Shown: positions 24,612 through 37,235 of the stretch, piece by piece
Layout of the letters: every line of letters begins with the position of its first letter
How positions within the stretch are numbered: the first letter of the stretch is position 1
Origin: Mobula hypostoma
Lineage: Eukaryota
Assembly: GCF_963921235.1 (NCBI RefSeq)
Contig: NC_086101.1
Span: 70,184,001 to 70,248,000, forward strand
DNA: 64,000 bases
Direction of reading: 5' to 3'
Translations under genes and position numbers: made by a program
Notes under the pieces: model-generated
Told to the model about the DNA's origin: nothing
The model's database searches: none
What the model saw: only the letters and a program-made list of their open reading frames with translations

Positions 24612-26506
24612 TAAGAGGGAAAAGACTAACTATGAAAGGAAGCTAGCAAATAATATCAAAGAGGATACTAAAAGCTTTTTCAAGTATATAAAGAGTAAAA
24701 GACAGGTGAGAGTAGATATAGGACCGATAGAAAATGATGCTGGAGGAATTGTAATGGGAGATAAGGAGATGGCGGAGGAACTGAATGAATATTTTGCATC
24801 AGTCTTCACTGAGGAAGACACAGCAGTATACCGGACACTCATGGGTGGCAGGGAAGAGAAGTGTGCGCAGTCACAATTACGACAGAGAAAGTACTCAGGA
24901 AGCTGAATAGTCTAAAGGTAGATAAATCTCCCGGACCAGATGGAATGCACCCTCGTGTTCTGAAGGAAGTAGCTGTGGAGATTGTGGAAGCATTAGCGAT
25001 AATCTTTCAAAGGTCGAGATTCTGGCATGGTTCCGGAGGACTGGAAGATTGCAAATGTCACTCCAATATTTAAGAAGGGGGCAAGGAAGCAAAAAGGAAA
25101 TTATAGACCTGTTAGCTTGACATTGGTGGTTGGGAAGTTGTTGGAGTCGATTGTCAAGGATGAGATTATGGGGTACCTGGAGGCATATGACAAGATAGGC
25201 AGAACTTAGCATGGATTCCTTAAAGGAAAGTCCTGCCTGACAAACCTATTATAATTTTTTGAGGAAATTACCAGTAGGCTAGACAAGGGAGATGCAGTGG
25301 ATGTTGTATATTTGGATTTTCAGAAGGCCTTTGACAAGGTGCCACACATGAGGCTGCTTAACAAGATAAGAGCCCATGGAATTACAAGAAAGTTACATAC
25401 GTGGTTAGAGCGTTGGCTGATTGACAGGAAACAGAGAGTGGGAATAAAGGGATCCTATTCTGGTTGGCTGCCGGTTACCAGTGGTGTTCCACAGGGGTCC
25501 ACGTTGGGGCTGCTTCTTTTTACATTGTACATCAACGATTTGGATTATGGAATAGATGGCTTTGTGGCTAAGTTTGCTGACGATATGAAGATAGGTGGAG
25601 GGGCTGGTAGTGCTGAGGAAACGGAGAGTCTGCAGAGAGACTTGGATAGATTGGAAGAATGGGCAAAGAAGGGGCGAATGAAAGGCAATGTTGGAAAGTG
25701 TATGGTTCTGCACTTTGGCAGAAAAAATAAACGGGCAGACTATTATTTAAATGGGGAAAGAAATTCAAAGTTCTGAGGTGCAACGGGACTTGGGAGTCCT
25801 CATACAGGATACCCTTAAGGTTAACCTCCAGGTTGAGTTGGTGATGAAGAAGGCGAATGCAATGTTGGCAATCATTTCTAGAGGAATAGAGTATAGGAGC
25901 AGGGATGTGATGTTGAGGCTCTATAAGGCGCTGGTGAGACCTCACTTGGAGTACTATGGGCAGTTTTGGTCTCCTTATTTAAGAAATGATGTGCTGACGT
26001 TGGAGAGGGTACAGAGAAGATTCACTAGAATGATTCCAGGAATGAGGGGGTTAACATATGAGGAACGTTTGTCCGCTCTTGGACTGTATTCCTTGGAGTT
26101 TAGAAGAATGAGGAGAGACCTCATAGAAACACTTTGAATGTTGAAAGGCATGGACAGAGTGGATGTGGCAAAGTTGTTTCCGATGATGGGTGAGTCTAGT
26201 ACGAGAGGGCGTAACTTAAGGATTGAAGGGCGCCCATTCAGAACAGAGATGTGAAGAAATTTTTATAGCCAGAGGGTGGTGAATCTATCGAATTTGTTGC
26301 CACGGGCAGCAGTGGAGGCCAAGTCATTGGGTGTATTTAAGGCAGGGATTGATAGATATCTGAATAGCCAGGGCATCAAAGGTTATGGTGAGAAGGCGGG
26401 GCAGTGGGACTAAATGGGAAAATGGATCAGCTCATGATAAAATGGCGGAGCAGACTCGATGGGCCGAATGGCTGACTTTTGCTGCTTTGTCTTATGGTCT
26501 TATGGT
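24612..26506 (+). mobile_element. CR1 LINE, 5'-truncated, relatively young
   Basis: RT in ORFs 24706-26137 (KSPGPDGMHPRVL, NYRPVSLT, YLDFQKAFDKVPH, SGVPQGS, AKFADDMK, YKALVRPHLEY). Tail TCTTATGGTCTTATGG. Confidence 0.95.
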
Positions 26507-27809
26507 GTAGTAGGTTTCATGTAATAAATCTTCATGTACTATCTCTAGTAGGAGTGGGTACCTTATGAATGGGAGAAGTTATGGATAACAATTGTTCTAG
26601 TAAGGCTTTGTTTCTCGCTTCTGTATTCCAAAGACTTCACCCCTCCCCTCGTCTCTATTTCCCTTTAGCCCTACAGCCCCTCAGGATTCTAAACTTTTCC
26701 TACTTTACACTGCTTGTCACTTACCAGCAAAATTTTTACTTGTTCCTTCTTGGGCATGCATGCCATAGGCTCGCCACTCCTCCTAGAGATCTGACTGCTT
26801 CTTTATATCCTTCAGCAGTGAGAGAAAGGCAGGAGTCTAAGCTCTTCCAACTTCAGTACATTCCTGATTTCGATTGCACCTTCATCAATGACGAGGCAAT
26901 AAGGGTCCTAATCATGAAGCAACAGTGCCAAGGCCGCATCGCCATGTTGCTCCTTACCAGTTCTTCTAAAAGTTTACATTTCTGTAAAATACTTCAGCTG
27001 TTTAAAGATCCATTTCCCATTGTGGGAAAAGAGGCATAGCAATTGGCAACTTCCTGCTGAGTGCAATGTGCTTGTTGCTTTATTAAACATGCTGTTCAAA
27101 TAGATTCCAATCATCAGTAAATAACAAATACAGCCATTTGTGACAGGATTAGGAACTACTCTTTTCTGTTTTGATACCACTGGAGTCTTGAATGATTCTG
27201 ATTTTATTTTGATATTTTGTTCTCTTTGAATATTTTTATTAAGCATGAGTGATTACTAAAACTAAGAAAATATATAATAGCATTTAGATAGAGTCCTTTA
27301 GCAGTTATATTCCAAACCTTGTCTAAAACATATTATATTATTATTTATTTTGTTTTTTCTCACTAGCAAAAACGGTCTTTTCAGGAACTGTTCTATGCTT
27401 TAGCATTTTGAGTTTCTTTACAGATCTTTTAATTTGAGTTCTTTGTGATGAATAGAAATGTTTATGCCCTGTACCACATGTTGAAAAATACTGTTGCATT
27501 TATTGCACATCTTTTAGAGTGAATGAATATCTTTCAGTTATGGGCTAGTAAGTAGAGAACAGACCAATCTATGCTCCAAAGTACTGTGAAGATTAGCATA
27601 TGATTAAATGTTTTTTTAAAACTACACTTAACTGATTAAAACTTGACATTTGGATGAACTTCCGTTAGAGTTCAGGGAAAAAAATATGATCTTTTAGTTT
27701 TAATTAATTAGTTTTCACTGTTGGTTGGGGCTCCAATAATCTCCCATTGAATACTACTGAACTGCTGTTTATCATTCTGTTAAATGACTAAATCAGATTT
27801 CACCCTCTC

Positions 27810-28690
27810 AAATGGCTCCAATGGTTCAATTTAAAATCAGACGATGTATACAGAATACAACCTGAAATTCATAATCTTCACAGACACCCACAAAACAAGA
27901 GACCCCATAGAATGAATGATAGAAACATCAGAACCTCGAAGCCCCCTCCCTCTCCCATCACACAAGTAACAGCAAAAGCTTGGACCCTCCTCTTCCCCCA
28001 CCCCACACTTGAACCAGCAAAAGCACCGCCCCCCCCACCTTACAATGCAAACTATAGCAAAAAAAACCTCAAAGAAACCTTGATCTAGAGTCCATCAAAA
28101 ACTGCACCCCATAGCCCAATACCTCAGTATCTCAGACAGGCTCTCTCTCCTAGCAAGGGAGAGAGGTTGCTCCTGCAACAAGAGTGGAGACCAACGACTC
28201 GCAGTTCTGATGTTACAATCTTCTGCGTTGCCTCTCCAAACCCCCGGCTCGAGGACTGACAGGCTGTTACTCGCCATCAAAAGAGAAAGAGCGAGAGAGC
28301 GGGATCGCTCGAGTACAGAGCCCTTCTTCCAAAAGCAGCACACACCACCTGCTGTCTCAATGTTCCAGTCTCCCGCAACGCTTCAGTCTGTGACATCGGC
28401 GAGGACCTCAGTCATCTACGGGCCAATCGCCAAAGGTGAGCAACTTCCAGGCCGCCCCTGGAGATGGTGAAATGCTGGGCTGCACAGCCAGTACGAAAAC
28501 CCATTGCTTGCAGAGAATTGTGGTTTGAACTGCAGATCACGGGCTCTGACAGACCCATAACCACTTTCAAAAGAGAGGAAAGACGTGATAGAAGCAGAAT
28601 AAACTGTTTCATGGACGAACTGGAGATATCTCCTAGGTCTGCAACCACTGCTGGCATTATCTTACCTAGCTCCTCCTCCTACTCCCCTCC
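27810..28690 (-). repeat. Unclassified interspersed repeat related at its 3' end to 11465-12290
   Basis: Shared terminal motif TGTATA...ATACAACC(T)TGA(G/A)ATT...ACAG.CA.CCACAAAA.CAAGA. Confidence 0.4.
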
Positions 28691-29196
28691 CTGATAATCT
28701 TAGTTAAAATAAATAATGTTAAAATAAAAGAGTTTTTTCTGGAATACACTGGATAATCGTGATCATGATGTCAGACCATTTCTATTTCATACTTATGATT
28801 AATGAACCATCCAATATACATGATTGATTGATTTAATCTTTAATTTCATAGTTTGGCACAATTCCCTTGTAGAACGATGCTGACCCATTAGTACCCATTT
28901 CCTGCTTTGTCAAGAGATTTGGTGCGTTGTTTACTTTCAAATTATCATTATTTCACCTGCATTGGCAGAAACTGCAAGACAGCCACACTCCAAAGTGAAC
29001 CGTTTCATACTGAAATAAATAGCATATGTCTGGTGAGCTTTCTCATTCGGAAGCTTGATAATCCACAGCATAGGGTCCTGTCTTTTTTTCTCCAGGTGGA
29101 ATCTTTCACCTACCATTAGTTATGATGTGAAAGAAGATGCTAGGCAGGAAGAATCCATCACTCTTTACAGAATGTAACATGATTGACATAACTTGC

Positions 29197-31267
29197 CACG
29201 ATGCGGAACTCTTCTTCCGCCGTCTCCGTCTCCGAGCCTACTTCTTCGGCAAGGACTCTTCCACCCCCACCGATGACCCCTTCTTCCGTCTTCAACCCTC
29301 CTCTTCTTCATGGACACCCCGCTCTGGTCTTCTGCCTGCTCTGGATCTCTTTATCGCTAACTGCTGATGGGACATCAACTATCTTGACTTCACCGCACCT
29401 TGTTCCCATTCCAACCTCACTCCTTCGGAACGTTCTGCTCTCCACTCCCTCCGCACTAATCCGAACCTTATTATTAAACCCGCTGATAAGTGGGGTGCAG
29501 TTGTAGTCTGGCGTACTGACCTCTACCTTGCCGAGGCACAGCGACAACTCGCGGATACTTCCTCTTATTTACCCCTCGATCATGACCCCACTAAGGAGCA
29601 CCAGGCCATTGTCTCCTACACCATCACTGACTTTACCCGCTCAGGGGATCTCCCATCCACTGCTACCAACCTTATAGTTCCCACACCTCGCACTTCCCGT
29701 TTCTACCACCTACCCAAGATCCACAAACCTGCCTATCCTGGCAGACCTATTGTCTCAGCTTGCTCCTGCCCCACCAAACTCGTTTCTGCATACCTCAAAA
29801 CGGTTTTATCCCCCCTTGTTCAATCCCTTCCTACATATGTTCGTGACACTTCCACGCTCTTAAACTTTTCGATGATTTTAAGTTCCCTGGCCCCCACCGC
29901 TTTATTTTCACCATGGATGTCCCTATATACTTCCATCCCCCATCAGGAAGGTCTCAAAGCTCTCTGCTTCTTTTTGGATTCCAGACCTAATCAGTTCCCC
30001 TCTACCACCACTCTGCTCCGTCTAGCGGAATTAGTCCTTACTCTTAATAATTTCTCCTTTGGCTCCTCCCACTTCCTCCAAACTAAAGGTGTAGCCATGG
30101 GCACCCGTATGGGTCCCACGTATGCCTGCCTTTTTGTTGGCTTTGTGGAACAATCCATGTTCCGCCTATACTGGTATCTGTCCCCCACTTTTCCTTCGCT
30201 ACATCGACGACTGCATTGGCGCTGCTTCCTGCACACATGCTGAGCTCGTTGACTTTATTAACTTTGCCTCCAACTTTCACCCTGCCCTCAAGTTTACCTG
30301 GTCCATTTCTGACACCTCCCTCCCCTTTCTAGATCTTTCTGTCTCTGTCGCTGAAGACAGCTTATCCACTGATGTCTACTATAAGTCTACTGACTCTCAC
30401 AGCTATCTGGACTATTCCTCTTCTCACCCTGTCTCTTGCAAAAATGCCATCCCCTTCTCGCAATTCCTCTGACTCCGCCTCATCTGCTCTCAGGATGAGG
30501 CTTTTCATTCCAGGATGAGGGAGATGTCCTCCTTTTTTAAAGAAAGGGGCTTCCCTTCCTCCACTATCAACTCTGCTCTCAAACGCATCTCCCCCATTTC
30601 ACGTACATCTGCTCTCGCTCCATCCTCCCGCCATCCCACTAGGAATAGGGTTCCCCTGGTCCTCACCTACCACCCCACCAGCCTCCGGGTCCAACATATT
30701 ATTCTCCGTAACTTCCACCACCTCCAACGGGATCCCACCACTAAGCACATCTTTCCCTCCCCCCCTCTCTCTGCATTCCGCAGGGATCGCTCCCTACACA
30801 ACTCCCTTGTCCATTCGTCCCCCCCATCCCTCCCCACTGATCTCCCTCCTGGCACTTATCCTTGTAAGCTGAACAAGTGCTACACATGCCCTTACACTTC
30901 CTCCCTTACCACCATTCAGGGCCCCAGACAGTCCTTCCAGGTGAGGCATCACTTCACCTGTGAGTCGACTGGGGTGATATACTGCGTCCGGTGCTCCCGA
31001 TGTGGCCTTTTATATATTGGTGAGACCTGACGCAGACTGGGAGACCGCTTTGCTGAACACCTACGCTCTGTCCGCCAGAGAAAGCAGGATCTCCCAGTGG
31101 CCACACATCTTAATTCCACGTCCCATTCCCATTCTGACATGTCTATCCACGGCCTCCTCTACTGTAAAGATGAAGCCACACTCAGGTTGGAGGAACAACA
31201 CCTTATATTCCGTCTGGGTAGCCTCCAACCTGATGGCATGAACATTGACTTCTCTAACTTCCGCTAA
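29197..31267 (+). pseudogene. PLE reverse transcriptase-GIY-YIG endonuclease ORF with frameshifts and stops
   Basis: KPADKWGAVVVW, FYHLPKIHKP..PGRPIVS, SLYTSIP, QTKGVAMGTRMGPTYACLF, FLRYIDDC, LPFLDL, Cys linker CKLNKCYTC, and GVIYCVRCSRCGLLYIGET (GIY-YIG). Confidence 0.92.
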
Positions 31268-31552
31268 TGCCCCACCTCCCCCTCGCACCCCATCCGTTAT
31301 TTATTTTTATACACACATTCTTTCTCTCACTCTCCTTTTTCTCCCTCTGTCCCTCTGACTATACCCCTTGCCCATCCTCTGGGTCACCCCCCCCTTGTCT
31401 TTCTCCTCGGACCTCCTGTCCCATGATCCTCTCATATCCTCTTTGCCAATCACCTGTCCAGCTCTATCCCTCCCCCTCCTGTCTTCTCCTATCATTTTGG
31501 ATCTCCCCCTCCCCCTCCCACTTTCAAATCTCTTACTAACTCTTCCTTCAGT

Positions 31553-31590
31553 TAGTCCTGACGAAGGGTCTCGGCCTGAAACGTCGACTG
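31553..31590 (+). ncRNA. Minimal type-I hammerhead ribozyme in the PLE pseudo-LTR
   Basis: Stem I TAGTC/GACTG, core CTGACGA, stem II GGGTCTCGGCCT, GAAA, loopless stem III C-G (palindromic ACGT), and cleavage triplet GTC at 31583-31585. Confidence 0.8.
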
Positions 31591-33639
31591 TACCTGTTCC
31601 TAGAGATGCTGCCTGGCCTGCTGCGTTCACCAGCAACTTTGATGTGTGTTGTTTCAATTTCCAGCATCTGCAGAATTCCTGTTGTTTGACATAACTTGCA
31701 TTGGTTTCAGAGAAAGGGCAATTAGGCTCCTGAAAGACAATTAGTTGTTGGTGTATTTATCGCACCTACAGTATGCCAGAGTTAGAGGAGTGACTGTTCA
31801 GGGTGAGAGCCATAATGCTAGTGAAGCGAGCTGCTGAAAGGTTTCAGACTTCTTCAGTTTAGGTAGAGAGACAGCCTTCCAGGCAAGTTGACAGATTTGT
31901 CACATTAATGACTTCTGTGTTAACAGTGAAAGGGTTTTGGGATTTGACCTACTTGAGCTGTAGTGCCTATTGCAAGAGGTTCTGTGAACCCCAGGATGTT
32001 CATGGTTGTCAATGGTGGTACCATTGAATGCGCAGGTGTTCTCTTTGCTGGAGATGTCTGCATTTGGCTAGCATGTTTATTTTACTACAATAGGTAAAAG
32101 AAATATCAAAACATCAGAAAGCAGCTGAAAGCATATAAGATTATTTTAATTATTTTCTTCAATAGCGCCAAAAAAATTATTATCTAAAGAAATGCCATCA
32201 TGTTGTGAATTTCCTGGGAAAATGAAAGGAATACATCACCCTGAGGTCCTGGGGCATTTTAAAAATGCTATTATCATTGACATCTATCCATGTGACAAAT
32301 TCAGCACGAGGAATGAAATCTCTGACAGTTAGTTCTGCGACAGCTTACAAGAATGAAAATACATTAGAGTAATAAACGGGCCTATTAAACAGTGATAAAC
32401 TTTAAAAGCTCATCAGTCAGCAAGGAGTCGCATTGTAATTTATCTCTAAATGCAAATTTAAGATGTAAATTTGTGCTTTGGGGCTTGATCATCTCTAATG
32501 CATAGGAATGAATTACTTTTGCAAATTTCCACTATCATTTCACAGTGATTAGTAATTAAAATTGGTTGGTCATATAATTGTAGATTGCCATTTTTTGTGA
32601 TTTAATTGTAATATACAGCCTGTGATTATTGGGGTGAAAACATTGTTGGGTAAAGATGTGCCAGATTAATTCCCATTTTTAAAAATCATTGGTTTCGCAA
32701 TTAGCCATGCAGAATGAATTATGCTTAAAAATCAGATGACTTCTCATTTTCTTGATTTGGTGGAATATTTCATTCTGGTGTTAAATAAATTATACTGTCA
32801 AAGTAAAGTGAAGGTTTCTTTGTTCATCTTAATAACTGATGATTGGTTGTAAAACTGCTCCAGTAGCCCAGTTGGAAGTAAATTCAACATCATTTTTTTT
32901 CTGGTCAATGTGCTAGAAGCAAAATCTATTTACATTTGTCATGTAAATTAGCCTGTGTTTTCTTTGAGTGCAAGATTTTTTTTAACAGTATTAAGTGTTC
33001 TGTCAGCAGGTCAATTTTATTCCTAGTGCAAACTATTTGCATCTACCGTTAGTGTTTCCTACAATATGATAGAAGCTGAAGTAAAATTGACTTGAACTTT
33101 TTTCTCTGATAAAAATCCATGACAGCATTGTCATCCAAACTCATTATTTGATTCAAGCAGACCAGTTCTTCTGCTCTCGGCTGGGTTGCTTTTGTATAAG
33201 GTTGACTTCTCCATATTGGAAGCAGGCATTGATAATGATCTGTCTTCTTCATTTCTGCTGGCCAATTGTGTTGTGTCATTCATTCCATATGATTTGATCT
33301 GTGCATTACTATTGTGCATTCACGTTATTTTGTATTCTGTATAGACTGCAAATGATAGCTACAGCTGAATACGCATTGCTGACATTCCGTGCTCTGGAGT
33401 AAATACCACAAAAGCAGAATTGGAAATAAGGTGACAATGTGCAGAAAATATTGTACTAATATATACCACGAGCAGAGAATCTGCCTATGGATAAAAATCA
33501 CAATGCATACGGTTTGACAGTTTGAGTACATAATAGAGGACGAATATGAAACGGCAATTTGTGACTGTGCTGAGTATTCAGGAGAAGCTTTTCAGAATTA
33601 GAAAAAAAAAACGGTGCAGCTAAATGCTTCCTCCCTTCT

Positions 33640-34305
33640 TTGTCGAGCACCTTCACACTGTCCACTGCAAAAGGCAATGTCTCCCAACGGCTACCCATTT
33701 CAATTCGACTTCCCATTCCCATTCTGACATGTCTGTCCGAGCCCTCTCTCCTACCATGATGAGGTGAAACTCAATTGGAGGAGCACGCCTCACATTCAGC
33801 TTGGGTCATCTCCAACTGGATGGTATGAAAATCGGTTTCTCTAACTTCCAGTAAATTGACCCCCTCTCCCCTTCTTTCTTTTCCCATTCTCCATTCTGAT
33901 TTCCTTCTCATGTCTTCCCTTCTCTTCACCTGCCCACCACTTCCCTTTGGTTCCCCTCCTCCTTCCCTTTTTTCTGTGGTCCAGTGTCCTTTCCCATTGG
34001 ATTCTTCCTTCTTCAGACCTTTACCTCTTCCACCTATCAGCTCCCAGCTTCTTACTTCATACCCCACTCACCCATCTTCGCCCTCACATGTTTTCATATG
34101 TCACCCACAAGTTTGTACTTCTTCCTCTCCCCCATAATGCTAGTCTAGCTTCTGCCCCCTTCCTTTTTAGCCTTGGTGAAGGGGCTTGACCCAGAGCATC
34201 GGCTGTGATCCCTCTCCATAAATGCTGCCTGATGTGCCTGAGTTCCTCCAGCATTTTGCATGTGTTGTTCCAGATTACCAGCATCTGCAGAATCTCTTGT
34301 GTTTA
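33640..34305 (+). mobile_element. Older PLE 3' fragment (end of GIY-YIG ORF plus pseudo-LTR, degenerate hammerhead)
   Basis: Colinear with 31050-31685, e.g. CCCATTCCCATTCTGACATGTCT and TTCTCTAACTTCC. Confidence 0.8.
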
Positions 34306-35069
34306 TGATCTGCTCCTCCCTCCTCTGTCATTTTGTATTATGTAGCTGCTGATGTTATTGAGGCTCCTTGTCCTGTTTTTCTGCCTTTATTGTAGACCAA
34401 TTCTCACCACCTTTACTCCTACTGATCTTCATCTTGCAGTTTCTGGTTGGTTGTTGCCTCATCTCTAGCTTGGTCTTCTTTAGTCATGGTTTGCGCCTGT
34501 GTGTTGCTGAGGCTGTGAACCAGACAGGAGACAACTACAAAATACCTAGATCCCTTACTTGTGGACTACAGTATGCCCTGGATTGATGGAGACAGCAGAA
34601 ACTGGTATTGACGAGGCTGAGGGCTTTTTGCAGTACTGACCTATTTTTGAAAGTAGAAGGTAGACCTCAACTACCAACATCCATTCATCAGGATTCTGCT
34701 ATCTAAACAACTGGTAACGCAGACTCTCTGAAACATTTATCCAGCAAAAATGATATTGTCTGATAAGATTCATGCCTCTATCATAGTGATACTTAGGACT
34801 TGAACAAGTGGAGGGAAAATTTATGAAGAGTTTGGGTTTTTTCAGGGTATCCTTGTTGGCATACAAATGCAGTTGACCTAATCTGAGATGTGTGGAAGCT
34901 GACAATGCCATCTAATCTAGGTGCTCACATTGCTGTCTTGTCCTTTTTGAAATCAGACTATTTATAATGTTATTCCCCCTTAAGTGAGCTTCACCTGCAG
35001 AGCGAGCCTCACAATGTGATGTGAAGTTCAGCAGTGACTGCATGGAGCGATACTAAGAAGAAAAGGTGG

Positions 35070-36066
35070 GATTGACGTGTCCTCAGGGATCTGTTCTGGG
35101 ACCCCTACTCTTCATGATTTTTATAAATGACCTGGATGAGGAAGTGGGAGGATGTAAATTTGCTGATGACACAAAGGTTGGAGGTGTTGTCAATTGGAGG
35201 GATGTCAGAGGTTACAGCAGGACATTGATAGGATGCAAAACTGGGTTGAGAAGTGGAAGATGGAGTTCAACCCAGATAAGTGTGAGGTGGTTCATTTTGG
35301 TAGGTCAAATATGATGGCAGAATGTAGTATTAATGGTAAGACTCTTGACAGTATGGAGGATCAGCGGGATCTTGGGGTCCGAGTCCATAGGACACTCAAA
35401 ACTGCTGCGCAGGTTGTCTCTGTGGTTAAGAAAGCATATGGTGCATTGGCCTTCATCAACTGTGGGATTGAGTTTAGGAGTCGAGAGGTAATGTTGCACT
35501 ATATAGGACCCTGGTCAGACCCCACTTGGAGTACTGTACTCTGTTCTGGTGGCCTCACTAAGGGAAGGATGTGGAAACCATAGAAAAGGTGCAGAGGAGA
35601 TTTACAGGGATGTTACCTGGATTGGGGAGAATACCTGATGAGAATAGGTTGAGTGAACTCGGCCTATTTTCCTTGGAGCGACAGAGGATGAGAGGTGACC
35701 TGATAGAGGTGTATAAGATAATGAGAGGCATTGATTGTGTGGGGAGTCAGAGGCTTTTTCCCAGGGCTGAAGTGGCTAGCACAAGAGAGCACAGTTTTAA
35801 GGCGCTTGGAAGTAGGTACACAGGAGATGTCAGGGCTAAGTTTTTTAGGCAGAGAGTGGTGAGTGCATGGAATGTGTTGCCGGCGATGGTGGTGGAGGTG
35901 GATACGATAGGGTCTTTTAAGAGACTCCTGGACAGGTTCACGGAGCTCAGAAAAATAGAGGGCTATGGATAACCCTAGGTAATTTCTAAGGTAAGGACAT
36001 GTTTGGCACAGCTTTCTGGGCCAAAGGGCCTGTATTGTGTTGTAGGTTTTCTATATTTCTATGTTT
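35070..36066 (+). mobile_element. CR1 3' portion, same subfamily as 2384-4330
   Basis: PQGSVLGPLLF..KFADDTK and MEFNPDKCEVVHFGRSN; tail TTTCTATATTTCTATGTTTC. Confidence 0.92.
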
Positions 36067-36067
36067 C

Positions 36068-37235
36068 ACCCTTCACGAAGGGAGAGAGGCAGAAAAAAGG
36101 AAACTATAGGCCAGTTAGTGTGACCTTAATGGTTGGGAAGATCTTGGAGATGATTTTTAAGGATGAGGTCTCAGGGTACTTGGAGGTACATGCTAAAGTA
36201 CACCCTACTAAGCATGGTTTCCTCAAGGGAAAATTTTGTCTGACAATCTGTTGGAAATCTTTGAAGAAAAACCAAACAGGATAGCCAAGGGAGAATCAGT
36301 TGATATTGTGTACTTGGATTTTCAGAAGGCCTTTGACAAGGTACTACGCATGAGGCTGCTTAACAAGCTATAATCCCATGGTATTACAGGAAATATTCTA
36401 GCATGGATAAAGCAGTGGCTGATTGGCAGGTGGCAAAGAGTGGGAATAAAAAGAACATTTTCTGTTTGGCTGCTGGTGAGTAGTGGTGTTCCACAGGAGT
36501 CTGTTCTTGGACTAATTCCTTTTAAGTTATTTGTCAAAACTGATACACAAATGGACTTGGAATCCTTATGCAGAGTTCTCTGAAGGTTAATTTGCAGGTT
36601 GAACCTGTGGTGAGGAAGGCAGAGGCAATGTTAGCATTCATTTTAAGAGAACTAGAAGAAAAAAGCAAGGATTTAGTGTTGAGACTTTATAAAGCAATGG
36701 TGAGGCCTCACCTGGAGTATTGTGAGCAATTTTGGGCCCCCTATCTTAGAAAGGATATGTTGAAACTAGAGAGGGTTCAAAGGAGGTTGATGAAACTGAT
36801 TCCAAGATTGAGTGTTTTTTCCTATGAAGAGCATTTGATGGCTGTGGGCCTGTATTCACTAGAATTCAGAAGAATGAGGGATGGCCTATTTGAAACCTAT
36901 CGAATAGTGAAAGGAGAGGATGTTTCCTATGGTGAGAGAGTCTAAGGCTAGTGGACACAGACTCAGAATAGATGGATATCCTTTTAGAAAGGAGATGAAG
37001 AGAAATTTCTTTAGCCAGAGAGTGGTGAATCTGTGCAGTTCTTTGCCACAGGCAGCTGTGGAGTCTGAGTCTTTATGTATATTTTAGGTTGAGGTTGATA
37101 CATTGCTAATTGGTCAGGGATTGAAGGGATATTGGGAGAAGGTAGTAGATTGGGGCTGAGAAGAAAATTGGATCAATTATGTTGAAATGATGGAGCCAAC
37201 TCGATGTGCCAAATAGACTAATTCTGCACCTATTG
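36068..37235 (+). mobile_element. CR1 fragment with internal deletion
   Basis: KGNYRPVSVTLMVGK, YLDFQKAFDKV and YKAMVRPHLEYCEQFW; CR1 3' UTR. Confidence 0.88.

Larger units (their letters stand above)
29197..31685 (+). mobile_element. Penelope-like element (Neptune-type), 5'-truncated, with 3' pseudo-LTR
   Basis: Perfect 14-bp TSD TTGACATAACTTGC (29183-29196 and 31686-31699); RT and GIY-YIG remnants; hammerhead near the 3' end. Confidence 0.95.

Noticed and set aside
26569-27039. 156-aa ORF and other unassigned ORFs (e.g. 4155-4724, 23085-23549) as host genes
   Set aside because: No recognisable domain or convincing splice context; several are antisense to or overlap repeats.
29365-31030. 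In-frame TGA codons in the PLE as selenocysteine or readthrough recoding
   Set aside because: They sit in Arg-rich contexts (CGA>TGA CpG decay), the ORF also has frameshifts, and I identified no SECIS.
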